Assembly: GCA_020353195.1 (NCBI GenBank)
Contig: CP070691.1
Location: 1,457,212 to 1,521,211 of the forward strand
DNA length: 64,000 bases
From: Phycisphaerales bacterium
GTDB lineage: Bacteria; Planctomycetota; Phycisphaerae; UBA1845
Direction of reading: 5' to 3'
This document shows, piece by piece, positions 29,204-39,058 of the stretch; position 1 is the stretch's first letter; every line of letters starts with the position of its first letter. The translations under genes and the position numbers were made by a program. A model generated the notes under the pieces. The model was not told the DNA's origin. It was given only the letters and a program-made list of their open reading frames with translations, and made no database searches.

Positions 29204-30337
29204 ATGGGTAGATCGGGCAAAAAAGGAGGCAAGAACTCCGCCCGCAAAGTCCGCGTGGAGTTTCGGGCCAACCGTAGCCGACCGTCGCGGGTCAAGGACT
29301 GGACGCGGCAGCTGCGCCAGGGCGAAGAAATCGAGCCTCGCCTCACCGAAAACGTGGTCGCCAAAGGCGATCTGTCGCGCAAGCGCACGGTCACCGTCTC
29401 CGACAGCGAAGAAACGGACGGGCAACTGGCCCAGGGCACCGTGATCGCCCTGCGGGGTCAGTTTGCCGACGTGGATGACGGTGACCGCGTTTGGCCGTGC
29501 ACCGTCCGTCGTTTGCTGAGGACCCGGTCGATTCGCGAGCGCTTCCCCGTGACTGTGGGCGATCGAGTCGGCTTCCGGATCGTCGCCGAGATCCCGGGTG
29601 TGCAGGCGGAAGGCGTCATCGAGACGGTCGAACCCCGGCGAAGCGAACTCAAGCGGGTCAGCAGTCGCCGCGAGCAGGTAATCGCCGCCAACGTGGACCA
29701 GATCCTGATCGTCAGTTCGGCCAACCAGCCTCCGCCCAAACCCCACCTGATCGACCGCTACATCGTCGCCGCCCTGGCCGGACGCATGACGCCCGTGGTC
29801 TGCATGAACAAGATCGATCTCGATGCCCAAGGCCGATTTCGAGAGGCCCTCAGCCCGTACCAGGCTCTCGGCTACCGGACGGTCTGCACGTGCGCTCTGA
29901 CGGGTGAAGGTACTGACGGCCTCCGCGAGGTGTTGCGGGACCGGTCCACGGTGCTGGCAGGCCAGAGCGGCGTCGGCAAGAGTTCGTTGCTCAATTCGCT
30001 TCAGCCGGGCCTGAGACTGCGTGTGGGCCGAGTGTCGGATGAGACCGCCAAGGGTCGGCACATCACGAGCGCGGCCGAGTTGCTCCGCCTTGACTTCGGA
30101 GCCTGGGTGGTCGATACCCCGGGCATCCGCTCATTTGACGTGTCGGCGGTCCCCGCCGGCGAGTTGGAGCAGCATTTCGTGGAGTTTGTCCCCTTCGTGG
30201 CCGACTGTAAGTTCCCCGACTGCACCCACACCCACGAGGGTAGCTGCGCCGTCAAGCAAGCCGTCGAGGACGGCGCCATTCACCCGACCCGCTACCAGAG
30301 CTACGCCCGCCTGTTCCAGGAGCGCGTCGAGGCGTAG
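29204..30337 (+). CDS. rsgA: Ribosome small-subunit-dependent GTPase A
   Basis: In-frame ATG 29204 of track ORF 29165..30337. It has a circularly permuted GTPase (NKIDL ... LAGQSGVGKSSLLN) and a C-terminal zinc knuckle CKFPDCTHTHEGSC. The N-terminal tail is basic. Confidence 0.9.
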   Translation: MGRSGKKGGKNSARKVRVEFRANRSRPSRVKDWTRQLRQGEEIEPRLTENVVAKGDLSRKRTVTVSDSEETDGQLAQGTVIALRGQFADVDDGDRVWPCTVRRLLRTRSIRERFPVTVGDRVGFRIVAEIPGVQAEGVIETVEPRRSELKRVSSRREQVIAANVDQILIVSSANQPPPKPHLIDRYIVAALAGRMTPVVCMNKIDLDAQGRFREALSPYQALGYRTVCTCALTGEGTDGLREVLRDRSTVLAGQSGVGKSSLLNSLQPGLRLRVGRVSDETAKGRHITSAAELLRLDFGAWVVDTPGIRSFDVSAVPAGELEQHFVEFVPFVADCKFPDCTHTHEGSCAVKQAVEDGAIHPTRYQSYARLFQERVEA

Positions 30338-30436
30338 AAACGCCGAGATCCTCGACCGCCCAGGCGGCAAACAGCGCCGCGGCGTCACCCTGTCAAATTG
30401 GCACGGCAACCCCCGGCCGGCTGTCGCGGCTGCCAA

Positions 30437-30471
30437 GCTGGCAGTGCGGCCCGCCCCGAAGGACTGCCAGC
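30437..30471 (+). other. Perfect 9-bp stem hairpin downstream of rsgA and upstream of groL-1
   Basis: GCTGGCAGT (30437-30445) pairs with ACTGCCAGC (30463-30471) across a 17-nt loop. No U-tract follows. Confidence 0.3.
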
Positions 30472-30531
30472 CTGTGGTTGTAAGGCATTTTCAATGAATA
30501 GGTTACGTCAAAACGTGCCAGCGCCGCGCAT

Positions 30532-30547
30532 TGGCATCGCCCTTGCA
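30532..30547 (+). promoter_or_regulatory. Sigma-54 type (-24/-12) promoter candidate upstream of groL-1
   Basis: TGGCATCGCCCTTGCA fits the TGGCAC-N5-TTGCW consensus with correct spacing. It lies 77 nt upstream of ATG 30624. A single chance match in a window of this size is plausible. Confidence 0.3.
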
Positions 30548-30623
30548 ACTTCCGACGGCGGAACCGATCTAGGCCGATCCAGATCGCGATCTGACAACGG
30601 GATACCAAAGGAGATCACGAATT

Positions 30624-32264
30624 ATGGCCGTCAAGCAGTTGGCCTACCAACAGGAGGCGCGTCGTGCCCTGATGGCGGGCGTGACGAAGTTGGCCGACGC
30701 CGTCAAGGTGACCCTGGGGCCCCGGGGACGAAACGCCGTCATCGATAAGGGGTGGGGCGCCCCCAACGTCACGAAGGACGGTGTCACCGTCGCGGAGGAG
30801 ATCGATCTTCGGGACAAATACGAGAACTTGGGATGCCAGCTGGTCAAGGAGGCGGCCAGCAAGACCAGCAAGACGGCCGGGGACGGCACGACCACGGCGA
30901 CCGTGCTTGCGGAGGCGATCTACGCCAACGGGCTGCGCAACGTCGCTGCCGGCGCCGATGCGAACGCGCTGAACCGCGGGATTCGAAAGGCGGCCAGCCG
31001 CGTGGTGGACGCTCTGAAGGGAATGTCCCGCCCGATTAAGGTCGCCAACCGGGACGACATCGTCAACGTAGCCTCCATCTCCGCCAACAATGACGCCGCA
31101 ATCGGGAACATCCTGGCCGACAGCTTCGAGAAGGTCGGCAAGGACGGGGTCATCACCGTGGAGGAGGGCAAGGGCGCGGAAACGGCGATCAAGCTCGTGG
31201 AGGGCATGCAGTTCGACCGTGGATTTCTGTCCCCGCATTTCGTCACGGATCAGGAAGGGCAGGAATGCGTTCTCGAGAAGCCCTACGTCCTGCTCAATGA
31301 GGACAAGATCAGCAACGCTCAGAAACTGGTGCCGCTGCTCGAGGCGGTTGCCAAAGCGAAGCGCCCGCTGTTGATCATCGCCGAGGACGTCGAAGGCGAG
31401 GCCCTGGCCACGCTGGTGGTCAATCACATGCGGGGTACGCTGAAGGCCTGTGCGGTCAAGGCGCCCGGCTACGGGGACCGCCGCAAGGCGATGCTGCAGG
31501 ACATCGCGGTGCTGACCGGCGGCCAAGCCCTGATGAAGGACCTGGGCGTCGACCTGGAGAGCGTATCGGTCAGCCAGTTGGGCCAGGCCAAGCGCGTGCG
31601 GATCAGCGCCGACGAGACCACGATCCTGGAGGGCGCGGGCCGGGGCAGTGATATCCAGGCCCGCATCAAGCAGATCCGCAACGAGATTGACGCCACCACC
31701 AGCGACTACGATCGCGAGAAACTGCAGGAGCGCCTGGCCAAGCTCTCCGGTGGCATCGCTCAGATTAACGTTGGCGCTGCCAGCGAGACTGAACTCAAGG
31801 AGAAGAAGGCCCGCATTGAGGACGCCCTCCATGCGACCCGTGCCGCCATCGAAGAGGGCATCGTGGTCGGTGGTGGCGTTGCCTTGGTGCGGTGCATCGA
31901 GGCGCTCGACAACGTGTCCGCCGCGGGTGACGAGAAAACCGGCGTCGACATTGTTCGCCGGTCGCTGTCGGCCCCGCTGAAGCAGATCGCCGTGAACGCC
32001 GGCATCGAGCCCGGTGTGGCGTTCCGGAAGATCGCTGACAGCAAGTCCCCTTCGTTCGGGTTCAACGCGGAAACCCTCTTGTACGGTGATCTGATGAAGG
32101 ACGGTGTCATCGACCCCACGAAGGTCGTGCGAATCGCCGTCGAGAACGCCAGCAGCGTGGCACGGACGCTGCTCAGCACCGACTGCATCGTCACCGAGAA
32201 ACCCGAAGAAGAGGATGATGCCGGCCCCGGCGGACCCGGCATGGACGATATGGATTTCGAATAG
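30624..32264 (+). CDS. groL: Chaperonin GroEL, copy 1 (no adjacent groES upstream)
   Basis: 546 aa. It contains [20 protein letters not shown]...[10 protein letters not shown] and the acidic Gly/Met tail [13 protein letters not shown]. An AAGGAG-like RBS precedes it. Confidence 0.97.
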   Translation: MAVKQLAYQQEARRALMAGVTKLADAVKVTLGPRGRNAVIDKGWGAPNVTKDGVTVAEEIDLRDKYENLGCQLVKEAASKTSKTAGDGTTTATVLAEAIYANGLRNVAAGADANALNRGIRKAASRVVDALKGMSRPIKVANRDDIVNVASISANNDAAIGNILADSFEKVGKDGVITVEEGKGAETAIKLVEGMQFDRGFLSPHFVTDQEGQECVLEKPYVLLNEDKISNAQKLVPLLEAVAKAKRPLLIIAEDVEGEALATLVVNHMRGTLKACAVKAPGYGDRRKAMLQDIAVLTGGQALMKDLGVDLESVSVSQLGQAKRVRISADETTILEGAGRGSDIQARIKQIRNEIDATTSDYDREKLQERLAKLSGGIAQINVGAASETELKEKKARIEDALHATRAAIEEGIVVGGGVALVRCIEALDNVSAAGDEKTGVDIVRRSLSAPLKQIAVNAGIEPGVAFRKIADSKSPSFGFNAETLLYGDLMKDGVIDPTKVVRIAVENASSVARTLLSTDCIVTEKPEEEDDAGPGGPGMDDMDFE

Positions 32265-32450
32265 AGCGAAATCCGGGCCTGTGAGACGGGTCGTCCGACT
32301 TGTCGTCTCGATCGGCCGGAGAAGTTCGTCTTGCAGATGTGAAACCGCCGGATCGCCGGGAAGCGACAGCAAAGAACATCAGGCAATAACGTCAGGAAGA
32401 AACGTTAACAGGAAACCCGACATCACATACGATACGGAGGACACGCCAAG

Positions 32451-32765
32451 ATGGCTACCGTAACCGCAAAGAGGCTGAAGCTCAGCCCGCTCGATGACCG
32501 CGTCGTGGTGCAGCCCACAGAAGCCGAAGAGGTGACCGCCGGAGGGATCGTCCTGCCCGACTCCGCCCGCGAGAAACCCCAACGTGGGAAGGTGGTGGCC
32601 CGGGGACCGGGCAAGCTGTTGGACACCGGTAAGCGCGGCGAGATGGACGTCAAGGAAGGCGACGAGGTCGTGTACGGAAAGTACTCGGGCACCGAGGTGG
32701 AGGTCTCCGGTGAGACCTACGTCATCCTGCGCGAGAGCGACATCCTCGGCGTATTCCAGAAGTAA
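32451..32765 (+). CDS. groES: Co-chaperonin GroES
   Basis: 104 aa containing [40 protein letters not shown]. Confidence 0.97.
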   Translation: MATVTAKRLKLSPLDDRVVVQPTEAEEVTAGGIVLPDSAREKPQRGKVVARGPGKLLDTGKRGEMDVKEGDEVVYGKYSGTEVEVSGETYVILRESDILGVFQK

Positions 32766-32824
32766 GGCGGGCGGGCAAGCGAAACGGTCCGCACCGTCGC
32801 GGATCGAACCGACAGGAGTAAGCC

Positions 32825-34435
32825 ATGGCCAAGCAGATGATGTTCAGTAACGACGCCAGGCAGCAGATCCTGGATGGGCTGGGGAAGCTGTCAGGGGCGG
32901 TGAAGGTCACCTTGGGGCCCGTGGGCCGCAACGTGATCCTGCAGAAGTCGTTCGGCCCGCCCCGGATCACCAAGGACGGCGTGAGCGTCGCCAAGGAGAT
33001 CGAATTGCCCGAGCCGTTTCAGAACATGGGCGCCAAGATGATCAACGAGGTGGCCAACCGGACCAGTGACAAGGTCGGGGACGGCACGACCACGGCCACC
33101 GTGCTGGCTGACGCGATTTACCGGGAGGGCCTCAAGAACGTGACCGCCGGCGCGAATCCGATGGCCTTGAAGCGCGGGATCGACGCGGCGGTGGCGGCGG
33201 CTGTCAAGAGCATCGAATCCCAGTCTCGCAAGGTCAGGAGCAACGACGACCTGGCCAACGTCGCCACCATCGCCGCGAACGGGGACGGCGAAGTCGGCAA
33301 GCTGCTGGCCTCGGCGCTGGCGGATGTGGGCAAGGACGGCGTCGTTGAAATCGAGGAAGGCAAGAGCATGGGGTTGGAAAAGGAAGTGGTCGACGGGATG
33401 CAGTTCGACAAGGGCTTCATCTCGCCCTACTTCATGACCGACCCCGGGGCACTCGAGTGCGTGCTGGAAAAGCCCCACATTCTGTTGTTCGAGAAGAAAG
33501 TCTCCAGCCTCCGCGACTTCGTCCCACTGCTGGAGACGATCGCCAGCTCCGGCGTGTCGTTGCTGGTGATCGCCGAGGACGTGGAGGGCGAGGCGCTGGC
33601 AGCCATGGTGGTCAACAAGCTGCGAGGCACCCTGAAGTGCGCTGCCGTCAAGGCGCCGGGCTTCGGCGACCGCCGAAAAGCGATCATGGGCGACCTGGAG
33701 GTGCTCACCGGCGGGCGCCTGATCAGCGAGGACCTGGGCATCAAGCTGGAGAACGTCTCCCTCAGCGATCTGGGGCGCGCCGAGAAAGTCGTCATCACGA
33801 AGGACAACACGACCGTCATCCAGGGTGCGGGCAAGAAGGCGGACATCAAAGCGCGCATCGACCAGATTCGCAGCCAGATCGAGAAGACCACCAGCGACTA
33901 CGATCGTGAGAAGCTGCAGGAGCGATTGGCCAAGCTCACCGGCGGGGTGGCCGTCATCCGCGTCGGTGGAGCGACGGAGATCGAGGTGAAAGAGCGCAAG
34001 GATCTGGTCGAGGATGCCCTCCACGCCACGAAGGCGGCAGCGGAGGAGGGCATCGTACCCGGCGGGGGCGTGGTCTTCCTGCGGGCGATCGACACAGTGG
34101 TCAAGGCCCGCTCGAACGTTCGCGGTGACGAGAAAATCGGCGCAGACATCGTGGCCCGGGCCCTGCGATGCCCGACCCGCCAGATCGTCGAGAACCGCGG
34201 GGGCGAGGGCGAGGTCGCCGTCGAGCAGATTCTCGAAAAGACCGGAAGCTACGGGTACGACGCCCAGGCGGACAAGTTCGGGGACATGTTCCAGGCCGGA
34301 ATCGTCGATCCCGCCAAGGTGGCCCGAACCGCGCTGCAAAGCGCCGCGAGCGTGGCGGGCCTGATGCTGACAACCGAGGTGTTGGTGACCGATTTGAAGG
34401 ATGAGAAGAAAGACATCGCCCACTCGGTCCGATAA
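32825..34435 (+). CDS. groL: Chaperonin GroEL, copy 2 (follows groES)
   Basis: 536 aa containing [16 protein letters not shown]...[10 protein letters not shown]. The C-terminus [14 protein letters not shown] lacks a Gly/Met tail. Confidence 0.97.
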   Translation: MAKQMMFSNDARQQILDGLGKLSGAVKVTLGPVGRNVILQKSFGPPRITKDGVSVAKEIELPEPFQNMGAKMINEVANRTSDKVGDGTTTATVLADAIYREGLKNVTAGANPMALKRGIDAAVAAAVKSIESQSRKVRSNDDLANVATIAANGDGEVGKLLASALADVGKDGVVEIEEGKSMGLEKEVVDGMQFDKGFISPYFMTDPGALECVLEKPHILLFEKKVSSLRDFVPLLETIASSGVSLLVIAEDVEGEALAAMVVNKLRGTLKCAAVKAPGFGDRRKAIMGDLEVLTGGRLISEDLGIKLENVSLSDLGRAEKVVITKDNTTVIQGAGKKADIKARIDQIRSQIEKTTSDYDREKLQERLAKLTGGVAVIRVGGATEIEVKERKDLVEDALHATKAAAEEGIVPGGGVVFLRAIDTVVKARSNVRGDEKIGADIVARALRCPTRQIVENRGGEGEVAVEQILEKTGSYGYDAQADKFGDMFQAGIVDPAKVARTALQSAASVAGLMLTTEVLVTDLKDEKKDIAHSVR

Positions 34436-34551
34436 GAACGTAGGGCGACGGGTTGGCTGAAGGGCGGGCTGGCGGGTCCGCCCTTTGCGCGCCGAGACCC
34501 GTCGTTCAGTGCAGATTCGGCCCCGGAGAAAGTGCTGGGAAAACAACGGTG

Positions 34552-35703
34552 ATGGCACGAACTCAGCGCGATTACTACGAGGTCCTCGGCGTCGACCGCA
34601 ATGCTGCGCCGGCGGAGATCAAGAAGGCGTATCGCAGGCTGTTGATCAAGCATCACCCCGACAAGAACCCCGACAATCCCGAGGCGGAGCAGAAGTTCAA
34701 GGAAGCGGCCGAAGCCTACGAAGTCCTGAACGATCCCGAGAAGCGGCAGCGCTACGACCAATTTGGGCACGCCGGGCTGTCCGGTGTCGGGATGCACGAC
34801 TTCAGCGGTATGGGGTTCGAGGACATTCTCTCCATGTTCGGGTTCGGCGATCTGTTCGGACAGATCGGAGGCGTCGGCGGCATGGGGCGCCGCCGGTCGC
34901 GCGGCGCCGATTTGCAGACTGAACTGGAGTTGACGCTGGAAGACGTCGCCGCCGGGGTCGAGCGGACGCTCGAGTTCACGCGGCGAGACTACTGCGACGC
35001 CTGCGGCGGGACGGGGGCTGGACCGGGGTCGCGACAGCAGAACTGCCACACCTGCGGCGGATACGGGCAGGTCGAACAATCCAGCGGATTCGGACTGCTG
35101 ATGGGGCGGGTGATCACCACTTGCCCGTCGTGCCGCGGAAAGGGGAAGGTCTTCACCCAACCTTGCTCCGCGTGCCGCGGTGCGGGGCTGGCTCCCAAGC
35201 GGCGAGTGGTGAACGTCAAGGTCCCCGCCGGAATCCAGGACGGCCAGGCCATTCGCGTGCGGGGCGAGGGTGAGCCGGGCGAGAACGGGGCGCCGCGCGG
35301 CGACCTGCATTGTTACGTGCGGGTTCGGCCACATGAGTTCTTCCAGCGCCGCAACAACGATCTGTTGTTGACCATGCCCATCGCGTTCACGCAGGCGGCG
35401 CTCGGGGCCAAGCTCGAGGTTCCCACGCTTCGCGGGCGGGCGATCCTGACCGTGCCGGGCGGCACCCAGACGGGCCAGATTTTCCGACTGGCCGGCGAGG
35501 GACTGCCGGATCTCCGCACCGGACGCAAAGGCGATCAGTACGTCGAAGTCGCGGTCGAGATTCCGACCCGGCTGAACAAGGACCAGGAACAGTTGCTGCG
35601 ATCGTTCGCGGAAACTGAGGACAAGAGTGTCTTGCCCAAGAGCAAGGGGTTCCTGGATCGGCTGGTCGAGTACATAGCGGGTGTCGAGGGAAAGAAAGAC
35701 TGA
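34552..35703 (+). CDS. dnaJ: Molecular chaperone DnaJ
   Basis: In-frame ATG 34552 of track ORF 34453..35703. It has a J domain (DYYEVLGV...HHPDKNP), a G/F region and four CxxCxGxG zinc-finger repeats. Confidence 0.95.
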   Translation: MARTQRDYYEVLGVDRNAAPAEIKKAYRRLLIKHHPDKNPDNPEAEQKFKEAAEAYEVLNDPEKRQRYDQFGHAGLSGVGMHDFSGMGFEDILSMFGFGDLFGQIGGVGGMGRRRSRGADLQTELELTLEDVAAGVERTLEFTRRDYCDACGGTGAGPGSRQQNCHTCGGYGQVEQSSGFGLLMGRVITTCPSCRGKGKVFTQPCSACRGAGLAPKRRVVNVKVPAGIQDGQAIRVRGEGEPGENGAPRGDLHCYVRVRPHEFFQRRNNDLLLTMPIAFTQAALGAKLEVPTLRGRAILTVPGGTQTGQIFRLAGEGLPDLRTGRKGDQYVEVAVEIPTRLNKDQEQLLRSFAETEDKSVLPKSKGFLDRLVEYIAGVEGKKD

Positions 35704-35836
35704 TCGCCGGCCCCCGAACGGGCGGCGCCGCTGCTTCATCGCCCGTGTGTCGGCACCGGCGTGTCGCCCGACCGACTGGCAAGTCGGTCCGACGGCCCTT
35801 TGAGACCACTGGCAACGTGCAAGAGCGTGACCTTTC

Positions 35837-36484
35837 ATGAGCAAGAAGAAGCACAGAATTCAGCTACCGACCAGCGAGGAGGTCGAGAGGTTCGCGGGGG
35901 CAGCCCCGAGGTCGGACGGAAGCGAGAACGCGCCGGATGGGGGCCCGTCGCCCGAGGAGGCCTCGCCTCCTTCGCCACCGGCCCAAGACGCCGCGCCCTC
36001 GGATGACGTGGAATCGCTGCGGCGGGAGATTGAAGAATACAAGGACAAGCTCCTGCGGGCTAAGGCTGAGACGCAAAACCTCCTCCGCCGCACGGCCATC
36101 GAGAAGTCGGAGGCGATTCGCTATGCCAATGAGGCCCTTGCCAAGGCACTCCTTCCCGTGGTCGACGATTTTGAGCGAACGCTGCAGGCAGGCGGAGAGT
36201 CCGGCAACGCCGAAGCCGTCATGGAAGGCGTCCGACTCGTCTACGACAAGCTGGCCAAGGTCTTTCGCGACCATCAGGTGACTCCGATCGAGGCGCTGGG
36301 GAAGGCGTTTGACCCGGTCTATCACAGTGCCGCGGCGCGGCAGCCGTCCGACGAGCACGAACCCGGGACGGTGACCCGGGAACTGCAGAAGGGATACTGC
36401 CTGCGGGATCGGGTGATTCGCCCGGCCCAGGTGATCATCGCCGCCGCGCCCGCGGATGCGGAAGGTGATTCGCCGCCTCAGTAG
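35837..36484 (+). CDS. grpE: Nucleotide exchange factor GrpE
   Basis: 215 aa containing KDKLLRAKAETQNLLRRTAIE...FDPVYHSA...GYCLRDRVIRPAQV. Confidence 0.9.
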   Translation: MSKKKHRIQLPTSEEVERFAGAAPRSDGSENAPDGGPSPEEASPPSPPAQDAAPSDDVESLRREIEEYKDKLLRAKAETQNLLRRTAIEKSEAIRYANEALAKALLPVVDDFERTLQAGGESGNAEAVMEGVRLVYDKLAKVFRDHQVTPIEALGKAFDPVYHSAAARQPSDEHEPGTVTRELQKGYCLRDRVIRPAQVIIAAAPADAEGDSPPQ

Positions 36485-36652
36485 AGCCGGTGTTACGGGC
36501 CCGGCGGCGCCGGCGTTCCAGTCCGTCAGGCGTCAAGCTGTGAGGCGGCCACACGCGTACGGGTCCAGAGACGCTGCCCACCGGTCCTGAATACCGTTCC
36601 GGGGGTGACAAGCCGGACGACTCGGGGCAGGGGTCGTCAAGGAGTGCGGGCA

Positions 36653-37003
36653 ATGCCCACGTATGAGTATCAGTGCACGCAATGCGGCCGGACGTTTGAG
36701 CTGTTTCAGCAGATCACGGAGAAGCCCAGACGCACGGTCGGTGCGGAGTTAAGGAACTGCCGCTGCGACGCGCCGGTTGCCCGGCTGATCGGCGCGGGAG
36801 CCGGCATCCTGTTCAAAGGTGAGGGCTTCTACGAGACCGACTACCGGAGCGAAAGTTACAAGAAGGCTGCCAAGGCGGAGAAGGAGGCCCGAAGCAACGC
36901 CAGTTCCGAAGCTGGTAAGTCGGATACCCCCAAGAAGCCGGACACCGGCAAGACAAGCGACGCCGGCGCCGGCAAGGGGGGCGGCGGCACGAGTGCCTCA
37001 TAA
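36653..37003 (+). CDS. FmdB-family zinc-ribbon protein with K/E/A/G-rich tail
   Basis: In-frame ATG 36653 of track ORF 36605..37003, with AAGGAG 9 nt upstream. The N-terminus is [16 protein letters not shown], with a second Cys pair NCRC. Confidence 0.8.
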   Translation: MPTYEYQCTQCGRTFELFQQITEKPRRTVGAELRNCRCDAPVARLIGAGAGILFKGEGFYETDYRSESYKKAAKAEKEARSNASSEAGKSDTPKKPDTGKTSDAGAGKGGGGTSAS

Positions 37004-37034
37004 GCCCGCTGGGGCTGGCCGCGCGATTCTCGAC

Positions 37035-37244
37035 ATGCCCACGTATCGGTGTCCAACCTGCGCCCAAGTGGTGACGGTCGAGCGGCCCCGGGATGCGTCG
37101 CACCGCCCGTTCTGCTCCAGGCGGTGCCAGCTGATCGACCTGGGCAAGTGGCTGAACGAAGAGTATCGAATCAGCGAGCCGACCGACCTTCCACCGAACG
37201 CCGAAGACCCTCTTCAGCCGTCCCCCCCACCCGATTCCGACTGA
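37035..37244 (+). CDS. yacG: DNA gyrase inhibitor YacG (zinc-binding)
   Basis: In-frame ATG 37035 of track ORF 36819..37244. The protein reads [11 protein letters not shown]...[23 protein letters not shown]. The upstream part of the track ORF overlaps the FmdB gene out of frame. Confidence 0.8.
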   Translation: MPTYRCPTCAQVVTVERPRDASHRPFCSRRCQLIDLGKWLNEEYRISEPTDLPPNAEDPLQPSPPPDSD

Positions 37245-37297
37245 ACAATGCTGTTTCTCCGCCAGCGAATCGCCGGTATTCGCGGCAAATTCGGTCG

Positions 37298-37325
37298 TTG
37301 CCCAAGGTGGCGGCCGAACTATAAT
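37298..37325 (+). promoter_or_regulatory. Sigma-70 type promoter candidate (TTGCCC-N16-TATAAT)
   Basis: A perfect TATAAT hexamer sits at 37320-37325 in otherwise GC-rich DNA, with TTGCCC at 37298-37303. It is upstream of the 37498 membrane-protein gene. Confidence 0.35.
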
Positions 37326-37497
37326 GCGCCCCGGGGTCGGGCCAAGGATGGGTGCCATGGCGCGGCGGGCCGGGCCCCGCACCGGTGTGCTGCCCTCGGC
37401 CGGTGCAAACACGGGTTCGCGTCTCGAGGGTGAACGTCCGATCGATCGATTCCACAGCGCCGCCCATTGTGGGCGTCGGCAGGACAAGGAGGTTGTC

Positions 37498-38961
37498 ATG
37501 TCTGAGCCTTCCCAAGACACCCCGCAAGCGGGTCAAGGTACGTGGTACGACTGCGCGAAGATCTTCGGCACGTTTCGAATGGCCCGGCATGTGAGCAAGA
37601 TCGGGCTGGCTCTGGTTGCCTTGCTCCTGACGCTCCTGTGGGGAGTCCTCCTTGACCTCATCTGGGTCGGGACGGGCAACGGTGTGGCCGGCAACGTCAT
37701 CGCGGTCTACACGCAGGCCGCGAGGGCGTCGGCTTCCTTTGAGGAGCCGGAGGTGGAGGAAGACGAGAAGCTGGGGATTTACCGGGTGTACTCCACCCAC
37801 TGTCGCGGGCGCGTGTACCAAGTGATGCAGGCCGTGATCCCCGTCGACGGCCTCGGCGGGGTCATGCGGGGCTTTGTGGAGGGCGTCGGCGGGATCTGCC
37901 GCGGCACGGGCTGGATGATCAGGCACCATCCGTTTTTCGCTCTTTTGTTCTGGCCGGTGTTCCTGCTGATCTGGTCGTTCTTCGGCGGGATGATCTGCCG
38001 TATCGCCGCGGTCGAGTTTGCCCGCGGCGAGACGATCACTGTGGGTGAGGCCTATGCGTTCGTCCGGCGGAAGTACTGGGGTGGGTTCTTCCTGGCCCCG
38101 TTGGCGCCGGCGATCCTGGTGGTGGTCGTGGGGATTCTGCTGGTCATTGGAGGCGTGATCCTGGCGATCCCCTACTTTGGCGACGTGGTTGCCTCGTTGT
38201 TCTTCTTCCTGGCCGTGCTGGGCGGAGTGGCCGCCGCGGTGCTGCTGGTGGGATTGGCGGCCGGCGGCAATCTGCTGTGGCCGGCCGTCGCGGTGGAAGG
38301 CACGACCAGCTTCGATGCGTTCTCGACGAGCTTTCACTACGTGTATTCCCGCCCCTGGCGGGCCGGCTTTTACGGAGCAGTGGCGCTTGTCTATGGCAGC
38401 GTCTGTTGGCTGGTCGTGAACCTGTTCGCCCACCTGACGCTGTGGGTGACTCACCTGTTTGTCGGTTTCGGTAGCGCCGCCGCTTCACGGACCGATGGGG
38501 CCCAGACCATCTCGAAACTCGACGCGTTGTGGCCCTATGACTTCTTCGGGCCCGTGTATAAGGGAATGGACGTGGCGGCCCTGCGCGGCACGGACACTTT
38601 CGCCAGCGTGCTGATCGGGTTTTGGGTCTATCTGCTCATCGCGTTGGTGTGGTCGTTTCTGTTTTCGTACTACTTCTCTGCCTGCACGGTGGTCTACTAC
38701 CTGCTGCGCCGCGCGGTTGACCTGACGGATTACGAGCAGGTGGAGGAAGCCGAGGAGCCCAGGCCCGAGGTGGGTGAGGAGCCCGAGGCGCCCGCGCCCG
38801 CGCCGGCACCCGCGCCGGCGCCAGCGCCCGCCCCGGCGCCCGAGCCGCCATCCGAACCGAAACCCGAACCGGAATGGAAACCACCGCCTCCGGAACCGTC
38901 GGCGGGCCCACCGGAGACGAAACCTCCTCCGGCGGACGATCAACCGCCTGCAGAAGGGTGA
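37498..38961 (+). CDS. Polytopic membrane protein of unknown function with Pro/Ala-rich C-terminal tail
   Basis: In-frame ATG 37498 of track ORF 37324..38961, with AAGGAGG 6 nt upstream. It has multiple long hydrophobic segments. The tail reads (AP)9-EPPSEPKPEPEWKPPPPEP. Confidence 0.7.
   Translation: MSEPSQDTPQAGQGTWYDCAKIFGTFRMARHVSKIGLALVALLLTLLWGVLLDLIWVGTGNGVAGNVIAVYTQAARASASFEEPEVEEDEKLGIYRVYSTHCRGRVYQVMQAVIPVDGLGGVMRGFVEGVGGICRGTGWMIRHHPFFALLFWPVFLLIWSFFGGMICRIAAVEFARGETITVGEAYAFVRRKYWGGFFLAPLAPAILVVVVGILLVIGGVILAIPYFGDVVASLFFFLAVLGGVAAAVLLVGLAAGGNLLWPAVAVEGTTSFDAFSTSFHYVYSRPWRAGFYGAVALVYGSVCWLVVNLFAHLTLWVTHLFVGFGSAAASRTDGAQTISKLDALWPYDFFGPVYKGMDVAALRGTDTFASVLIGFWVYLLIALVWSFLFSYYFSACTVVYYLLRRAVDLTDYEQVEEAEEPRPEVGEEPEAPAPAPAPAPAPAPAPAPEPPSEPKPEPEWKPPPPEPSAGPPETKPPPADDQPPAEG
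38788..38841 (+). repeat. Imperfect GCN-CCN hexanucleotide tandem repeat encoding (Ala-Pro)9
   Basis: Nine consecutive GCN CCN codon pairs, read directly from the sequence inside the 37498..38961 CDS. Confidence 0.9.
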
Positions 38962-39058
38962 CCCCGTGCAAGCTGTCCCGAAACGGTGGGGCCGGTTTCC
39001 CACCATGCGGTCGTTTGACCGGCTGGGAGAGAAGTGGCCCCACGGGTGACACAAGCTG

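Noticed and set aside
30399-30414. A second TGGCAC motif (TTGGCACGGCAACCCC) as a sigma-54 promoter.
   Set aside because: It lacks the TTGC -12 element at the required spacing.
32265-32450. CIRCE/HrcA operator or sigma-32 promoter upstream of groES. I also checked 30338-30623 and 35704-35836.
   Set aside because: I found no TTAGCACTC-N9-GAGTGCTAA-like inverted repeat. I also found no CTTGAAA-N13-15-CCCCATNT pair with correct spacing.
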